A stretch of DNA of 64,000 nt from an uncultured delta proteobacterium (GTDB lineage: Bacteria > Myxococcota_A > Polyangia > Polyangiales > Polyangiaceae), in assembly GCA_963696385.1 (NCBI GenBank), contig CAVOKF010000003.1, positions 416,001 to 480,000 on the forward strand. The letters are read 5' to 3'. Position 1 is the stretch's first letter, and each line of letters opens with the position of its first letter. Shown here piece by piece: positions 22,657 to 32,833 of the stretch. The position numbers were made by a program, and so were the translations under genes. The notes beneath the pieces were generated by a model that saw only the letters and a program-made list of their open reading frames with translations, searched no databases and was not told where the DNA came from.

Positions 22657-22998
22657 ATGGTGACTCGGTTGGGGTCGCAAGACGCCTTCGACATCGCCGC
22701 GCGCGCCGTCGATGAAACGAGCGATGAGGCCTTCGATCGCACCGCGTTCGCTCTGCACGCGCTCGACCTGGTGAATCCGGGGCGATGGACTATCGCCATC
22801 TGCGAGGGAGCCGCGCATATGCGAGTCGAGACCGGCCCGATCTGGGGGCAGCGCAACCGGCGATGGGCCTTGCTCGCGGTCCCGCCGAAAGCCTCGAAGC
22901 GAGCCATTGCCCTCGCCGTGGCCGAAATGACGCAGTGTCCTGCCGCGTACGCGCTCGATGTGCTGATGGACGAAGCCTCACGGGCGGTGCTCGGATGA
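22657..22998 (+). CDS. Hypothetical protein
   Basis: Clean ORF, ATGA-overlapped with greB. Confidence 0.6.
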   Translation: MVTRLGSQDAFDIAARAVDETSDEAFDRTAFALHALDLVNPGRWTIAICEGAAHMRVETGPIWGQRNRRWALLAVPPKASKRAIALAVAEMTQCPAAYALDVLMDEASRAVLG

Positions 22999-23471
22999 GC
23001 GAGACATCCGGCGCTTACATCACGCGCGAAGGCGCCAAACGCCTCCAGGACGAGCTCGCGCGCCTGCTCGCTCACGATCGCGCCAAGATTGTAACGGAGG
23101 TCGCGGATGCAGCGGCCCAGGGGGATCGAAGCGAAAACGCCGAGTACATCTACGGCAAGAAGAAACTCCGCGAGATCGACCGTCGGATCCACTGGCTCAC
23201 CAAACGGCTGGAGACCATTACGGTCGTCGAGCCACGGGAGGTGGTCGCCGGAGTCGTGTTCTTCGGGGCCTACGTCGAGGTCCAGGATGAAAGCGGCGCG
23301 AGGACGACCTATCGGATCGTGGGCGAAGACGAGATCGACCTTGATCGCGGATGCGTGTCGTACAGGTCCCCGATCGGCCGAGCCGTGCTCCGACGCCGGA
23401 TCGGAGATGCCGTCCTTCTCGTTCGCCCGAGTGGACAAGTCGAACTCAGGATCGTTGCGGTGCGCTACTAA
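22995..23471 (+). CDS. greB: Transcription elongation factor GreB
   Basis: YITREG, AAQGDRSENAEYIYGKKKLREIDRRI, YRIVGEDE, SPIGRA. Confidence 0.92.
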   Translation: MSETSGAYITREGAKRLQDELARLLAHDRAKIVTEVADAAAQGDRSENAEYIYGKKKLREIDRRIHWLTKRLETITVVEPREVVAGVVFFGAYVEVQDESGARTTYRIVGEDEIDLDRGCVSYRSPIGRAVLRRRIGDAVLLVRPSGQVELRIVAVRY

Positions 23472-23497
23472 CGCACATCTTGCATACCGACTCTGAA

Positions 23498-23539
23498 GTC
23501 CGCTGCACACGTGCAGCGGACCACGCCGCCAGGCGGCGT
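23498..23539. terminator. Tandem perfect inverted repeats between convergent genes
   Basis: GTCCGCTGCAC-AC-GTGCAGCGGAC followed by ACGCCGCC-A-GGCGGCGT; no U tract. Confidence 0.5.
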
Positions 23540-23687
23540 CGACGGGACTCCGACGGTTTCTACGGGCCGTTCCCGCATTTTCCTGCGGGAAAGGCTCGCC
23601 CGAGCGAAGCCGCCCCCGCGGCTTCTCGCTCTAGCGTCCTGCAATCGAGGCGATCCGAATGATTCCACGGATCTCGAAGACAGGACA

Positions 23688-25373
23688 CTAGCTCTTCTCG
23701 GCGAGAATGATGGTGCGAGGGGACTCATCGCCAAAGAACACCCCCGGCGTCTCTACACGACCACTCACTTCGCGAACTTTGAAGCCTTGTTCGTGAAGAA
23801 TTTTTCCGAGCTCGTGCAAGCTGTAGACTCGAATCGAGTATTCGATCTCGCGTGAACGGCCGTCATCGAGCATCACGGTTCGCTTCACCTTCAGGCGGCT
23901 CGTGATGAAGTCGACGTTCATTTCGTCCATGCACACGCAGCCGTCCCCTTCGAACCATGCAAGCGATGGCGCGTGTCGGATCAGAAAATCGCGGTTGACC
24001 ACGTCGAGAAGAAACCTGCCTCCGGCTTTGAGGGCTCGACCAATCCGCTCGACCACGTTGCAATTCTTGTCTTCCTCAAAGTATCCGAAACTCGTGCTCC
24101 AGCAGTAGACGCCATCGAACTGTTCCTCAAAAGCCATCTCGCGCATGTCGCCCTGCACGAAATTGAGTTTGGCTCCTCGTTCTTGGGCATCTTCGCCCGC
24201 TCGGGCAAGCATCGCGAGCGACAGGTCAAATCCGACCACCTCGTAGCCTCGACGAGCGAGTTCCGTAGCGTGACGGCCTGTGCCGCAAGCAAGATCCAAC
24301 AATGTGCCGTTGCGTTCCACTCCGAGACTCTCCTCGACGAATGTCACCTCGCGACCGATCTGCGCGTCGGTGACCTTTTCGGCGGCCCGCAAGTAGTCGT
24401 CGTTGAAGAGCTCCTCCCACCATAGCCTGGGCTTACGCCGCGCCCCCGAAGCATCGGTCTGCTGCGAGGGCATGCTCCCGACACGCGGCGGCACGATGAC
24501 GAGCGAAGGACGAAGTCCGCGCGAAAGTGGAGCCTTCGAAACGGGGACGAGGGCCGGCGGCGACGCAGCGCGAATGCGCATCGGCGCAACAGGCGACGCG
24601 GGGCCCGCGGGCAGCGTATCGAGCGCCACAACGTCCTCGGCGGCGACCTCGGGAACCTCACCGGGATCCGAGCGACGCCCTGCGTCGTCGGCGTAGGCCT
24701 CGAGGCCGTCGGCCGCGGAGTCCGCTAGGGGACGAGCCGCGGGGCCATCCTGTGCCGGGATCGGAGTCGGGGTCGGTGTCGGAATCGGCGTCGGAATGGG
24801 TGCCCCGGTTGCGGGCGGCAGCGGGGTCGAGGGTGGCGACAGGACGACGCGCGGCGTGAGTGGCAAGGCGAAATCGTCGTCGAACTGCACCTCGACCTCG
24901 TCGTCCGACTCCAGGTCGAGCGGTGCAATCATTCGGGGTGTCGTCGGCTCCGCATCCGGCACCCTGTCGGCCTGAAACCGCAGGTCGCTCGCTTCCGATC
25001 GATTCGGTGGGTCCTCCGGATCGGACGGGGGTGGTTCCGAAATCGTGATGATTCGCGTTGGGGTAACCTGCGGACGCGACGGATCGACGGCCGAAAACGT
25101 CGGCTCCGAAGGAGCCTGCGCGCGCGCGGCCCCTTCCGGCACGAGTTTGGGGCGCGAGATTTCGTCGTCCGGAATGCGCAGCGCATGCCGCCTTCGGCCC
25201 GATCCCGATTCGGACGACTCACGCGACGGCGGGCTGGACGCGCTAACGGCCGCCGCGCCGGAGCCGGACTCCGCATCGGCGGATCTCTCTGGGACCACCG
25301 GGCTCAAACTCTGAACGGTCGTCGCCCCCTCCACCGGCTGGGCCATCGGCACCGCTTGGCGGTCCTCGCCCAT
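23688..25373 (-). CDS. Class I SAM-dependent methyltransferase with long disordered N-terminus
   Basis: LLDLACGTGRH, GFDLS, GDMR, TSFGYF, LKAGGRFLLD. Confidence 0.88.
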   Translation of the reverse strand: MGEDRQAVPMAQPVEGATTVQSLSPVVPERSADAESGSGAAAVSASSPPSRESSESGSGRRRHALRIPDDEISRPKLVPEGAARAQAPSEPTFSAVDPSRPQVTPTRIITISEPPPSDPEDPPNRSEASDLRFQADRVPDAEPTTPRMIAPLDLESDDEVEVQFDDDFALPLTPRVVLSPPSTPLPPATGAPIPTPIPTPTPTPIPAQDGPAARPLADSAADGLEAYADDAGRRSDPGEVPEVAAEDVVALDTLPAGPASPVAPMRIRAASPPALVPVSKAPLSRGLRPSLVIVPPRVGSMPSQQTDASGARRKPRLWWEELFNDDYLRAAEKVTDAQIGREVTFVEESLGVERNGTLLDLACGTGRHATELARRGYEVVGFDLSLAMLARAGEDAQERGAKLNFVQGDMREMAFEEQFDGVYCWSTSFGYFEEDKNCNVVERIGRALKAGGRFLLDVVNRDFLIRHAPSLAWFEGDGCVCMDEMNVDFITSRLKVKRTVMLDDGRSREIEYSIRVYSLHELGKILHEQGFKVREVSGRVETPGVFFGDESPRTIILAEKS

Positions 25374-25375
25374 CG

Positions 25376-26266
25376 TCAGGTCCCCTGCCCGTTCGGTGAT
25401 GCACGAAGACCTGCGGCTTGCAGGCCGGAACCGGATGCTCGAAGAAGCGCCTGTCCGTAGCGAATCGGCCCTTCGCTTGCGAGCCAAGCTCCGGCGGTCC
25501 CCTCCTCGACGAGGACGACGGCCGTCGACCCGAGGTGAAAGGCCCCAATCTCTTCGCCACGAGCGATCCGGATCGGAGGGTCTACAACGTGATCTCCGAA
25601 GGGCACGTCTCGAGCGTCCACGCCGATCACCGTGATGCGGCCGACGATCATGGCGACGACCAGGACGACCCCGACACGGCCGAGGCCTGCGTCAGCGTCG
25701 ATCTCGATGAGCACCCGGCGGTTGCGGCACAGTAGGTTGGCGACATGGCGCATCCCGACCGCGTTCACCGGGAAATAATCCCCCGGAATGGAACGGATAC
25801 GGCGGATCTCGCCCCCGACGGGCGCGTGCACACGATGGTAATCGCCAGGCGACAAGTACACGACGAAGCCGGCCCCAGCCGAGAAGCGCTTCGCTTCCTC
25901 GGCGTCGCCGACGAGTTCCTCGACCGAATAGGCTCGGCCCTTGACGACAAACTCGGATTGCGAGTCGATTCGGACCATGGACTCGATCCGCCCGTCGGCC
26001 GGACTGACCACCGTCTGCGGGTCGGGGGCGACCGGCCGCACGCCTTCGCGCAACTTTCGGGTGAAGAACGCATCAAAGCTCGGCCACGTGCCTGACCCGG
26101 CCGCCTCGTCGAGTGCCACATGGTAGGCGTGTGAGTAAAGACCCACAACTGCGCGCCCGATGACCGGCGACCACCGATGGTCCGCAAGACGGCCGAGCGC
26201 TTGACCGATGCGGGCGCGTGGAAGGACGCGCAGGATCTGGGCGGTGACATAGGTGGCGGCGCTCAT
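25376..26266 (-). CDS. psd: Phosphatidylserine decarboxylase proenzyme
   Basis: FFTRKL, SPADG, YLSPGDYHRVHAP, FHLGST autocleavage motif. Confidence 0.93.
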   Translation of the reverse strand: MSAATYVTAQILRVLPRARIGQALGRLADHRWSPVIGRAVVGLYSHAYHVALDEAAGSGTWPSFDAFFTRKLREGVRPVAPDPQTVVSPADGRIESMVRIDSQSEFVVKGRAYSVEELVGDAEEAKRFSAGAGFVVYLSPGDYHRVHAPVGGEIRRIRSIPGDYFPVNAVGMRHVANLLCRNRRVLIEIDADAGLGRVGVVLVVAMIVGRITVIGVDARDVPFGDHVVDPPIRIARGEEIGAFHLGSTAVVLVEEGTAGAWLASEGPIRYGQALLRASGSGLQAAGLRASPNGQGT

Positions 26267-26630
26267 CGGTGAGGGCGCCGGTCGCCCGCGAGGAGCGATG
26301 AGCGGCCCAGAGCCACGGGTTGGGTCTCGGTTGTGTTTTGGCAGCGGGCGACGCTGGGCGCCCCTCGGTAATCATGGTACGCGCGGCCATCGGGGCCGGT
26401 CAATCTCCTGGAATTTCGCCCGCTCGGTCGTGTGTTTTCCGTTTCCTTTGGTGCTGCGGATCGGTTCCGCGGTCGCGCGGCTACACGGCGTAAACGAACC
26501 CCCTAGCTTTGTCTTTTCCGGGCTCCGCCGGCTAGCCCCTCCCCCGACGCCGCCCCCGCGATCTCGTCAAGGGCCCATCCCGCAAGAACCCTTGCACTTA
26601 TTTTATTTGCGCGACTTGCGGAATGGACCG

Positions 26631-28247
26631 CTAGTCGCCTTCCGATTCGAACGGCGGCCCAGAAAAGGCGCGAGCCGCATCGCACAAGGAACCCGATGCA
26701 TCCGCGGAAACGACGGAGGTCGACGGATCGGCCCCCTCGCATACTGCCTCGGGATCGAGCGGATCCGCGGACAGCGCTTCGCCAAAGGCCGCACTCATCG
26801 AAGGTGCATTGCCCACTCGGCGCGCCCAGCGACCACGCAGGGCCCACCAGGGACCGAATGACGAACCGACGCGACGCACGTCGGCCACCAAGGGGCCAAC
26901 CTCGCCGGACCGGTTCGCCGCTTCGAGGGCACGGCCGCGAAGCCACGAGACGCTCGGGTCCATGGGCGAGCCCTCGGGGCCCTTCGAAGCGGCGACCGAT
27001 CGACTCGCTTCGATTCGGTCGAGCTCTTTCAGCGCGTCGTCGGCGTGGCCCCTTGAAAGAAGCAGCTCGGCGAGACGAACCCGCTCGCGAAGATCGCGAA
27101 GCGCCGCCGTGCTCTTCGCTTCGCCGCCGAGATCGAACAGCGGGGGCCATGGCGCGCGCGGGCGCGATGCCATCGCCGCGCGCCAACGGCCGTCCCACGT
27201 CTTGAGATCCGCTCCGCTCGCGGCAACGAGCGCCGCGTTCGGGTCCCTGCTATCTCGCACCGCCCGCAGGAGCTTGGGGAGAGCCCCGTCCCCTTCGCTG
27301 TCGACGTAAAATCGCACGAAACTCGTGACTTCGGCGAACGCGACCATCGCGGCGTCGGCGCTCGGGAGCATCGCGATGCTCGGTCCGAGCTTGTCGAACG
27401 CAACGGTCAAACCGCGATCCATGCCATGCTGGACGACGGTCTCCGGCGACGGCAGATCGTCGAACGGTCCCGCCTCGCGCCACCGGATCTCTTGTCGCTT
27501 CGCCACGCCTTCTTGCAGCCACAGGGGCGCTCGATCGCGTGTGATGCGCGTGACGGCCAGATGCGTGAGCTCGTGAGCGATGGTGTCGCGCCAGGGAAAG
27601 CCGTGACGCGTCGCGCGCGGGCTCAACAGCGTCACGCGTCCCCACTTCGCCACCGCGACGGTCCCGGTCGTTTTGGCACTCTCGTAGGGCAATCCCGTCA
27701 TGGCCGACAGAGACAGCAAATCCCGGACGACCACGACTCTCGTCGGGAGCGGCCAGTCGACCTGCAGATCGCGCGAGAGGGCATCGCGTACCTCCGCCAC
27801 GGTGTCGAACAGCAGCGGCGCCAGCGGCGCGTCGTTGTCGTCTTGCCACCGCACTTCGATTCCGCGCGCCTCGTCTCTCGAGGTCATCAGCGAGGCCGTC
27901 ACCCTCTGACAGCCCCGCGCGATGTCCGCCAGCGCTTCGCCATCTCCAATTCGTTGCACGTCCGAGCGTCCAAGGATCGCCGCTGCTCCGTCGCAATCGA
28001 GCTCGTAAAGCGCCAATCGTGCGCGCTCGAGCGCGAACCGGGGATCGTCGGTGATTCGCTGCAGGGCGCCAAGATCGCGACGCGCGTCGTCGAAGTCAAA
28101 GCCGACGATCAACAACTGCAAGCGCTGGGCGAGGTCGACTTGCGCCCGCGAAGGCCTCGCCGCAACGATCCCGAGCGCCCCGAAGAGCACCGCCGCGGTC
28201 CACGCTGTGAACCCTCGCAGTCTCGTGCCGGAACTTCGCGCGTTCAC
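26631..28247 (-). CDS. Secreted peptidase MA-like metalloprotein with TPR-like region
   Basis: Signal peptide; AHELTH and PLWLQEGVA. Confidence 0.75.
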   Translation of the reverse strand: MNARSSGTRLRGFTAWTAAVLFGALGIVAARPSRAQVDLAQRLQLLIVGFDFDDARRDLGALQRITDDPRFALERARLALYELDCDGAAAILGRSDVQRIGDGEALADIARGCQRVTASLMTSRDEARGIEVRWQDDNDAPLAPLLFDTVAEVRDALSRDLQVDWPLPTRVVVVRDLLSLSAMTGLPYESAKTTGTVAVAKWGRVTLLSPRATRHGFPWRDTIAHELTHLAVTRITRDRAPLWLQEGVAKRQEIRWREAGPFDDLPSPETVVQHGMDRGLTVAFDKLGPSIAMLPSADAAMVAFAEVTSFVRFYVDSEGDGALPKLLRAVRDSRDPNAALVAASGADLKTWDGRWRAAMASRPRAPWPPLFDLGGEAKSTAALRDLRERVRLAELLLSRGHADDALKELDRIEASRSVAASKGPEGSPMDPSVSWLRGRALEAANRSGEVGPLVADVRRVGSSFGPWWALRGRWARRVGNAPSMSAAFGEALSADPLDPEAVCEGADPSTSVVSADASGSLCDAARAFSGPPFESEGD

Positions 28248-31156
28248 CGCAGCAGACCCTCCGCGTAGCGCTGTACGGCATCCCTGAGGGCTCCCGTCGA
28301 GGGCTGTCCGAGCCCGCGCATGACCCGGCGCCGAAATTCTTCCGGGCCCTTATGTTCTCCCGCGTTCGGGATCGCGACCGCGTCCCGACTAGGGCCCTGC
28401 CCGTCTGCGTCATCGCCCGCAGAGCGTCCCGGGTCATCGTCGCCTTGAAGCTGCTGGTGCGCCGCCTCGAGGGCGCGCTGTGCTTGTCGCTGCAGGTCGA
28501 GACCCCTGTCGGCATCGCCCTTATGCAGTGCGCGGGCCGCGTCGCGCGCAGCCCGCTCGGCATCCTCAATCGACTCGACCGCTTGTTGCGGAAATGATGC
28601 CTGGCCGCGCCCCCGTTGTGCGAGCTCTCGCGCTTGGTCGGCGAGGCGTTCCTCCTCCTCGCCTCCTTGCTCGAGTCGATCGCGAGCCCGCTCGGAGGCG
28701 CGCCTGCGCAGCTCGACTCGCTGTCCTTCGGCCCACTGCACCTCCCCTTCCATCTTGGTGCGTGCCTCGTCCACCTCTCGCTGTCGTTCCCCATTCGGGT
28801 CCTCCAGCCAGCCTCTTCGCTGCAGCATTCGCTTGGCTTCGTCGAGCGAGCCCACGGCACTTCGCCCACTCTCGACCGCATCGTCCGCCCTTCCATCTTC
28901 GAGCGAGCGCGCCATCTGCTCGGCGAGATCGCGCGCCGCCGAGCCCTTGCTGGTCCACGAATCGCTGCCCATGCCAATGGCGGGCAGTCGCCGCGCTGCA
29001 TCGCGCACCGCCCGGGCGTGGCGCTTGGCCGAATCGCGCAGCTGCTTCATCTCCTCGTCGCTCATCGCGCCCGCGAGCGCCTGTTCGACCTTGTCGATTT
29101 CGCCGGCATGCTCTTGTGCGAGCCGCTCCAGCTCTTGAGCCGCGGCGTTGAAAGCTTGCTCGACGTCATCGGAGGGCGCACCGTCGTCGGCGGACGTATC
29201 GCGAATTCCACCCGATTCTCCACCGCCCCGGCCCCGGCCTCCGCGCGCATCGAACGAGGGATCGGGCTGTCTCAGCCTTGCCGCGAGATCGCGGGCGGCC
29301 AGTTCTGCATGCGCAAAATCGCGCTCGTCACGCGCGCGTTTCACGCGCGCGAGATCGGCGCCGACAATCTCTCCGAGGTCACGTCCCAGCGATCCTAGAC
29401 GTCGCAGGACCTCGCCGCCGGCAGAGAGCACGGCCGTCGCCGCGTCCAAGCGCGCGACGCCGCGCGAGCGGGCATCCGCGGCGTCGTTTTGCACCTGGCT
29501 GGCTCCGCGCGCAAGATCCTCCGCGACGTCGGCCAGCTCCTTGCTGGAGCTGCGCGCGTCGCGCATTCCGAGCCCTCGCACGATTGCATCCGTGACCAGC
29601 AGGTAACGCTCCGTGGCTTTGACGGTATCGGCCTCCGACGCGCTCGAAGGGTGGCGTAGCTCTGCATCCGCCGCGTCGCGCATCAGCTGTTGCTTCGCGA
29701 CGAGCATCGCGCGAACGTGCGCTGGAACACGAACGCCACCGAATGTCTCGGCCAACGAGTCCGTCAGCACTTGCTGGCTCTCAACCACCCTTGTCTGGCT
29801 CTCGATGGCGACCTCTTGACGCTCCTTCAGCGAGGGCCGGTCACCGTTTTCGATGCGCCATGCGAGTGTATCGACGAGTGAATCGCGCAACCGGCGAAGC
29901 ACGTCGAGAAGCCGGGCTTCTGGTTCCCCTATATCGGGCGGAATGACGGTAATCGCGTCGCTGGCGCCCCACTTGGGCCCGTTCAACGGGTCGTTGTCTT
30001 TCGCTTCGACGGTAACGGCCACCGGCGCGTGACTCTTCGCTAGGAAGCCGTCACGCAGCCGCAGCACGCTGCCACCTTTGAAGCTCGTCGTGTCGCCGTC
30101 CAGCCGCGCCAACACGCGCCGCTCTTCGCGCACGCCAGAGCGCAAGACAAGATGGATTTCGCGCAGCCCGTTGTCGTCGGTCACGCTGTAGCGGACGGCA
30201 ATGTCGTCGACGGCATCGATGAGCCTCATCTGTCTGGGGGCGCCCTCCAGTTCGACGGTGGGTGCACGGTCAGGAACGGAGTCGACCGCGAGCGCGCGAG
30301 ACTCGGCGATGACGACATCGCCAAAGCGCGCGACGACGCGCAGGCTGGCGCTCTGCGTCAGCAACCAGCGCGCAACGACCGCCCCCGATCCATCTTCGAC
30401 GAACGGCTCCTCGGACCTGCCGTCCGTCAACAGCAGCAACCTGCCCGGATGGGTCGGCAAGCCCCGCAGCGTCATCGCCGTGCCGTAGGGCAGAACGAGG
30501 GGAGTCGATGCGGGCTCGTGGACCTCGCTTCGGTGAAGGTACTCCGGAGGGCGTGCGTCGAGCTCGACGTCGTCGAGCCAACCCATACTCAGCGGCGCAA
30601 CGCCTCGTCGCGCGACGAGGACGTCGGCTCCCTCCAGCACCGACCACGCTCGCGCGAGCCCGATGCCGAGAACGCAAGCACCCGTGACGAACGCCGCCGC
30701 ACCCACTCGAGCGGCCGATCGCGATGCGTGCTCAATCACCTCTCGAGATGGAATCTGCGCCAGAGCGCGCTCTAGATGGACCCGGGCCAGCTCGGCGGAG
30801 GTGCCGTCCGAGCGCGCTTCACCGCGGGGCCCGAGCAGCGAGAGCGCACGCAGCACCCGATCGGCGCGCCCCCGGTCGATACGGCTTATCGGTCCGGAGA
30901 GAATGCGGGTCGGATCGCTCCGCCGCCGGCCTTCCACGAACCGCCACAGGAGGCTGAACGCCGCGCTCGCGACCATGGCCGCCGCGGCTGCGATCCGCCA
31001 CGGCGGCGTGCCATGGCGCGCACAGAGCAAGGCGAGGACGACCACCGAGGCGCTGAGGGCTACCGACAGCCCGCGGCGCGAGGCGGCCGTGACCGAACGC
31101 CGCGCTTCGGTGAGCTCGACGAGCGGAGCAATGAAGTCGGCCGCCACGCGATCCAT
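28244..31156 (-). CDS. Membrane-anchored coiled-coil protein (DUF4175-like)
   Basis: N-terminal TMs, DDNGL, EAKDND, long coiled coil, ends AVQRYAEGLLR; start moved to the ATG at 31156. Confidence 0.65.
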   Translation of the reverse strand: MDRVAADFIAPLVELTEARRSVTAASRRGLSVALSASVVVLALLCARHGTPPWRIAAAAAMVASAAFSLLWRFVEGRRRSDPTRILSGPISRIDRGRADRVLRALSLLGPRGEARSDGTSAELARVHLERALAQIPSREVIEHASRSAARVGAAAFVTGACVLGIGLARAWSVLEGADVLVARRGVAPLSMGWLDDVELDARPPEYLHRSEVHEPASTPLVLPYGTAMTLRGLPTHPGRLLLLTDGRSEEPFVEDGSGAVVARWLLTQSASLRVVARFGDVVIAESRALAVDSVPDRAPTVELEGAPRQMRLIDAVDDIAVRYSVTDDNGLREIHLVLRSGVREERRVLARLDGDTTSFKGGSVLRLRDGFLAKSHAPVAVTVEAKDNDPLNGPKWGASDAITVIPPDIGEPEARLLDVLRRLRDSLVDTLAWRIENGDRPSLKERQEVAIESQTRVVESQQVLTDSLAETFGGVRVPAHVRAMLVAKQQLMRDAADAELRHPSSASEADTVKATERYLLVTDAIVRGLGMRDARSSSKELADVAEDLARGASQVQNDAADARSRGVARLDAATAVLSAGGEVLRRLGSLGRDLGEIVGADLARVKRARDERDFAHAELAARDLAARLRQPDPSFDARGGRGRGGGESGGIRDTSADDGAPSDDVEQAFNAAAQELERLAQEHAGEIDKVEQALAGAMSDEEMKQLRDSAKRHARAVRDAARRLPAIGMGSDSWTSKGSAARDLAEQMARSLEDGRADDAVESGRSAVGSLDEAKRMLQRRGWLEDPNGERQREVDEARTKMEGEVQWAEGQRVELRRRASERARDRLEQGGEEEERLADQARELAQRGRGQASFPQQAVESIEDAERAARDAARALHKGDADRGLDLQRQAQRALEAAHQQLQGDDDPGRSAGDDADGQGPSRDAVAIPNAGEHKGPEEFRRRVMRGLGQPSTGALRDAVQRYAEGLLR

Positions 31157-31176
31157 CGTAGCAAGAGCGGGCGTAC

Positions 31177-32790
31177 TCAGTACGTCGGGTCTGCAGTGCT
31201 GGACGAGTTCGGGACTGGAGGTGCCGGCGGCGGCGCTGGCCACGCCGGCAGCGTGCTCGGAAACCCGCTCGGTAGTGAGCTCGGGATGGCAGGAAAACCC
31301 GATGGCAGCGGCAATGCGGTCGGGAGAACGCTCGGGAACCCAGCAGGAAACGGAGGTAGCCCGTTCGGCAGCACCGATGGAAACGCGATAGGCGACGCCG
31401 GAGCCGAGACCCCCGCCGCCGACACGGCCGGCCGAGCGGGAGGCGTCGACCGCGACGGCGCTGCCGTGGCACGCGTTGGCGCCAGCACGGGCACATCGGT
31501 GCGGGTGAGTACCGGCGGCGCTTCGGTCGTCGGAACCGGAGGGGCGTTGGTCGGAACCGAATCGACCGCGGTAACTGGCGTGGGAGCACCGCCACCGGAG
31601 TTGGCCCCGCGGGTACCGATCCAGAGGGCGATCAGCCCGACGCCGAGCACCAGCGACAGCACCAGCAGCCCGGCCATGGCCGCGCGAGTGCGGTCCGGAT
31701 GCGCCATCCGAATCGGCGACGCCGCCATCTCCAGCGCTCCGGCATACGAGGACGGCGTCAGTGCCGTCGCGATCGGGGGAGCTCGGATGGTGTCGACGTG
31801 GGGCTCTGACTCGACGATACCGGCGGACGCGGTCTGACGACCGCCCCCGGTCGACGGCACCGCGATGCGCGCACCCGTCAGATCCACGGTCTTGCCCGGG
31901 TGTGCCCGACGCAGCAGCGACGACGATCCGGTCACGGAACGCCGTCCGAGCGCACTCTCGAGCGTTAGACGCATATCGGTCGCAGTCGGGAACCGAAGTT
32001 CTGGACGCGCGGCCATCGCGCGGTGAACCAGCCCGGCGATTTCGCGTGGAGTCTCTGCGGCGGCCTGGACGAGCGGCACGACATCCCCCCGCTCCACCTT
32101 GACGGCGATGACGCGCGCGTCGTCGCCGCCCACCGGTCGCACGCCGGCGATCATCTCGTACAGCATGACACCAACCGCGTAGAGATCGGACCGGGCATCG
32201 ACCCGGTCCGCGCTTCGCGCTTGCTCCGGCGCCATGTACTCGGCCGTTCCCATCACGACACCGGCAACGGTCAGGTTTCTTTGTTGGAGCTCTGTGCGGC
32301 GAACCTTTGCGATGCCAAAGTCGATCAGCTTGAGAATGGGCTTGCCGGCGGCAAACGTCACAAGCACGTTCTCGGGCTTGAGATCCCGGTGGATGACGCC
32401 AAGCGCGTGTGCAGCCTCGAGCGCACGGAGGATCTGCCCGGCGTACTCGCACGCGGTCGCTACGGCGAGCCTTCGCTGTCGATCCAGAATGCTCGACAGC
32501 GACTCGCCCTCGAGCAGCTCCATGACGATGTACGCATGCCCATCCGGCGTGCGATCGACGTCGGTCACCTGAACGACGTGTGGGCTTCGAATCTGCGCGG
32601 CGACGCGCGCCTCTTGCAGGAAACGCTCGACGAGGCCGGTCCGCCGTCCGAGCTCCGGGTGAAGGAGTTTGACCGCCACGCGAGTTCCGAGCATGGCGTG
32701 CTGTGCTTCGTAAACGGAACCCATTCCGCCGTCGCCCAGCGGGCGCACGAGCCGGTACTTTCCGTTGATGACGCTACCGACATCGATCAC
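31177..32790 (-). CDS. Membrane Ser/Thr protein kinase (Pkn-type)
   Basis: GDGGMG, VAVK, HRDLKPEN, DFG, GTAEYMAPEQ; TM segment. Confidence 0.95.
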   Translation of the reverse strand: MIDVGSVINGKYRLVRPLGDGGMGSVYEAQHAMLGTRVAVKLLHPELGRRTGLVERFLQEARVAAQIRSPHVVQVTDVDRTPDGHAYIVMELLEGESLSSILDRQRRLAVATACEYAGQILRALEAAHALGVIHRDLKPENVLVTFAAGKPILKLIDFGIAKVRRTELQQRNLTVAGVVMGTAEYMAPEQARSADRVDARSDLYAVGVMLYEMIAGVRPVGGDDARVIAVKVERGDVVPLVQAAAETPREIAGLVHRAMAARPELRFPTATDMRLTLESALGRRSVTGSSSLLRRAHPGKTVDLTGARIAVPSTGGGRQTASAGIVESEPHVDTIRAPPIATALTPSSYAGALEMAASPIRMAHPDRTRAAMAGLLVLSLVLGVGLIALWIGTRGANSGGGAPTPVTAVDSVPTNAPPVPTTEAPPVLTRTDVPVLAPTRATAAPSRSTPPARPAVSAAGVSAPASPIAFPSVLPNGLPPFPAGFPSVLPTALPLPSGFPAIPSSLPSGFPSTLPAWPAPPPAPPVPNSSSTADPTY

Positions 32791-32833
32791 GACAAACTCG
32801 CGCCAGCCTAGCACCGCCTCGCCGTCGGCAACG

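Noticed and set aside
24750..24810. Short tandem repeats (GTCGGAATCGGC-like)
   Set aside because: They encode a PIPTPIPTPTPTP linker; not CRISPR or a regulatory array.
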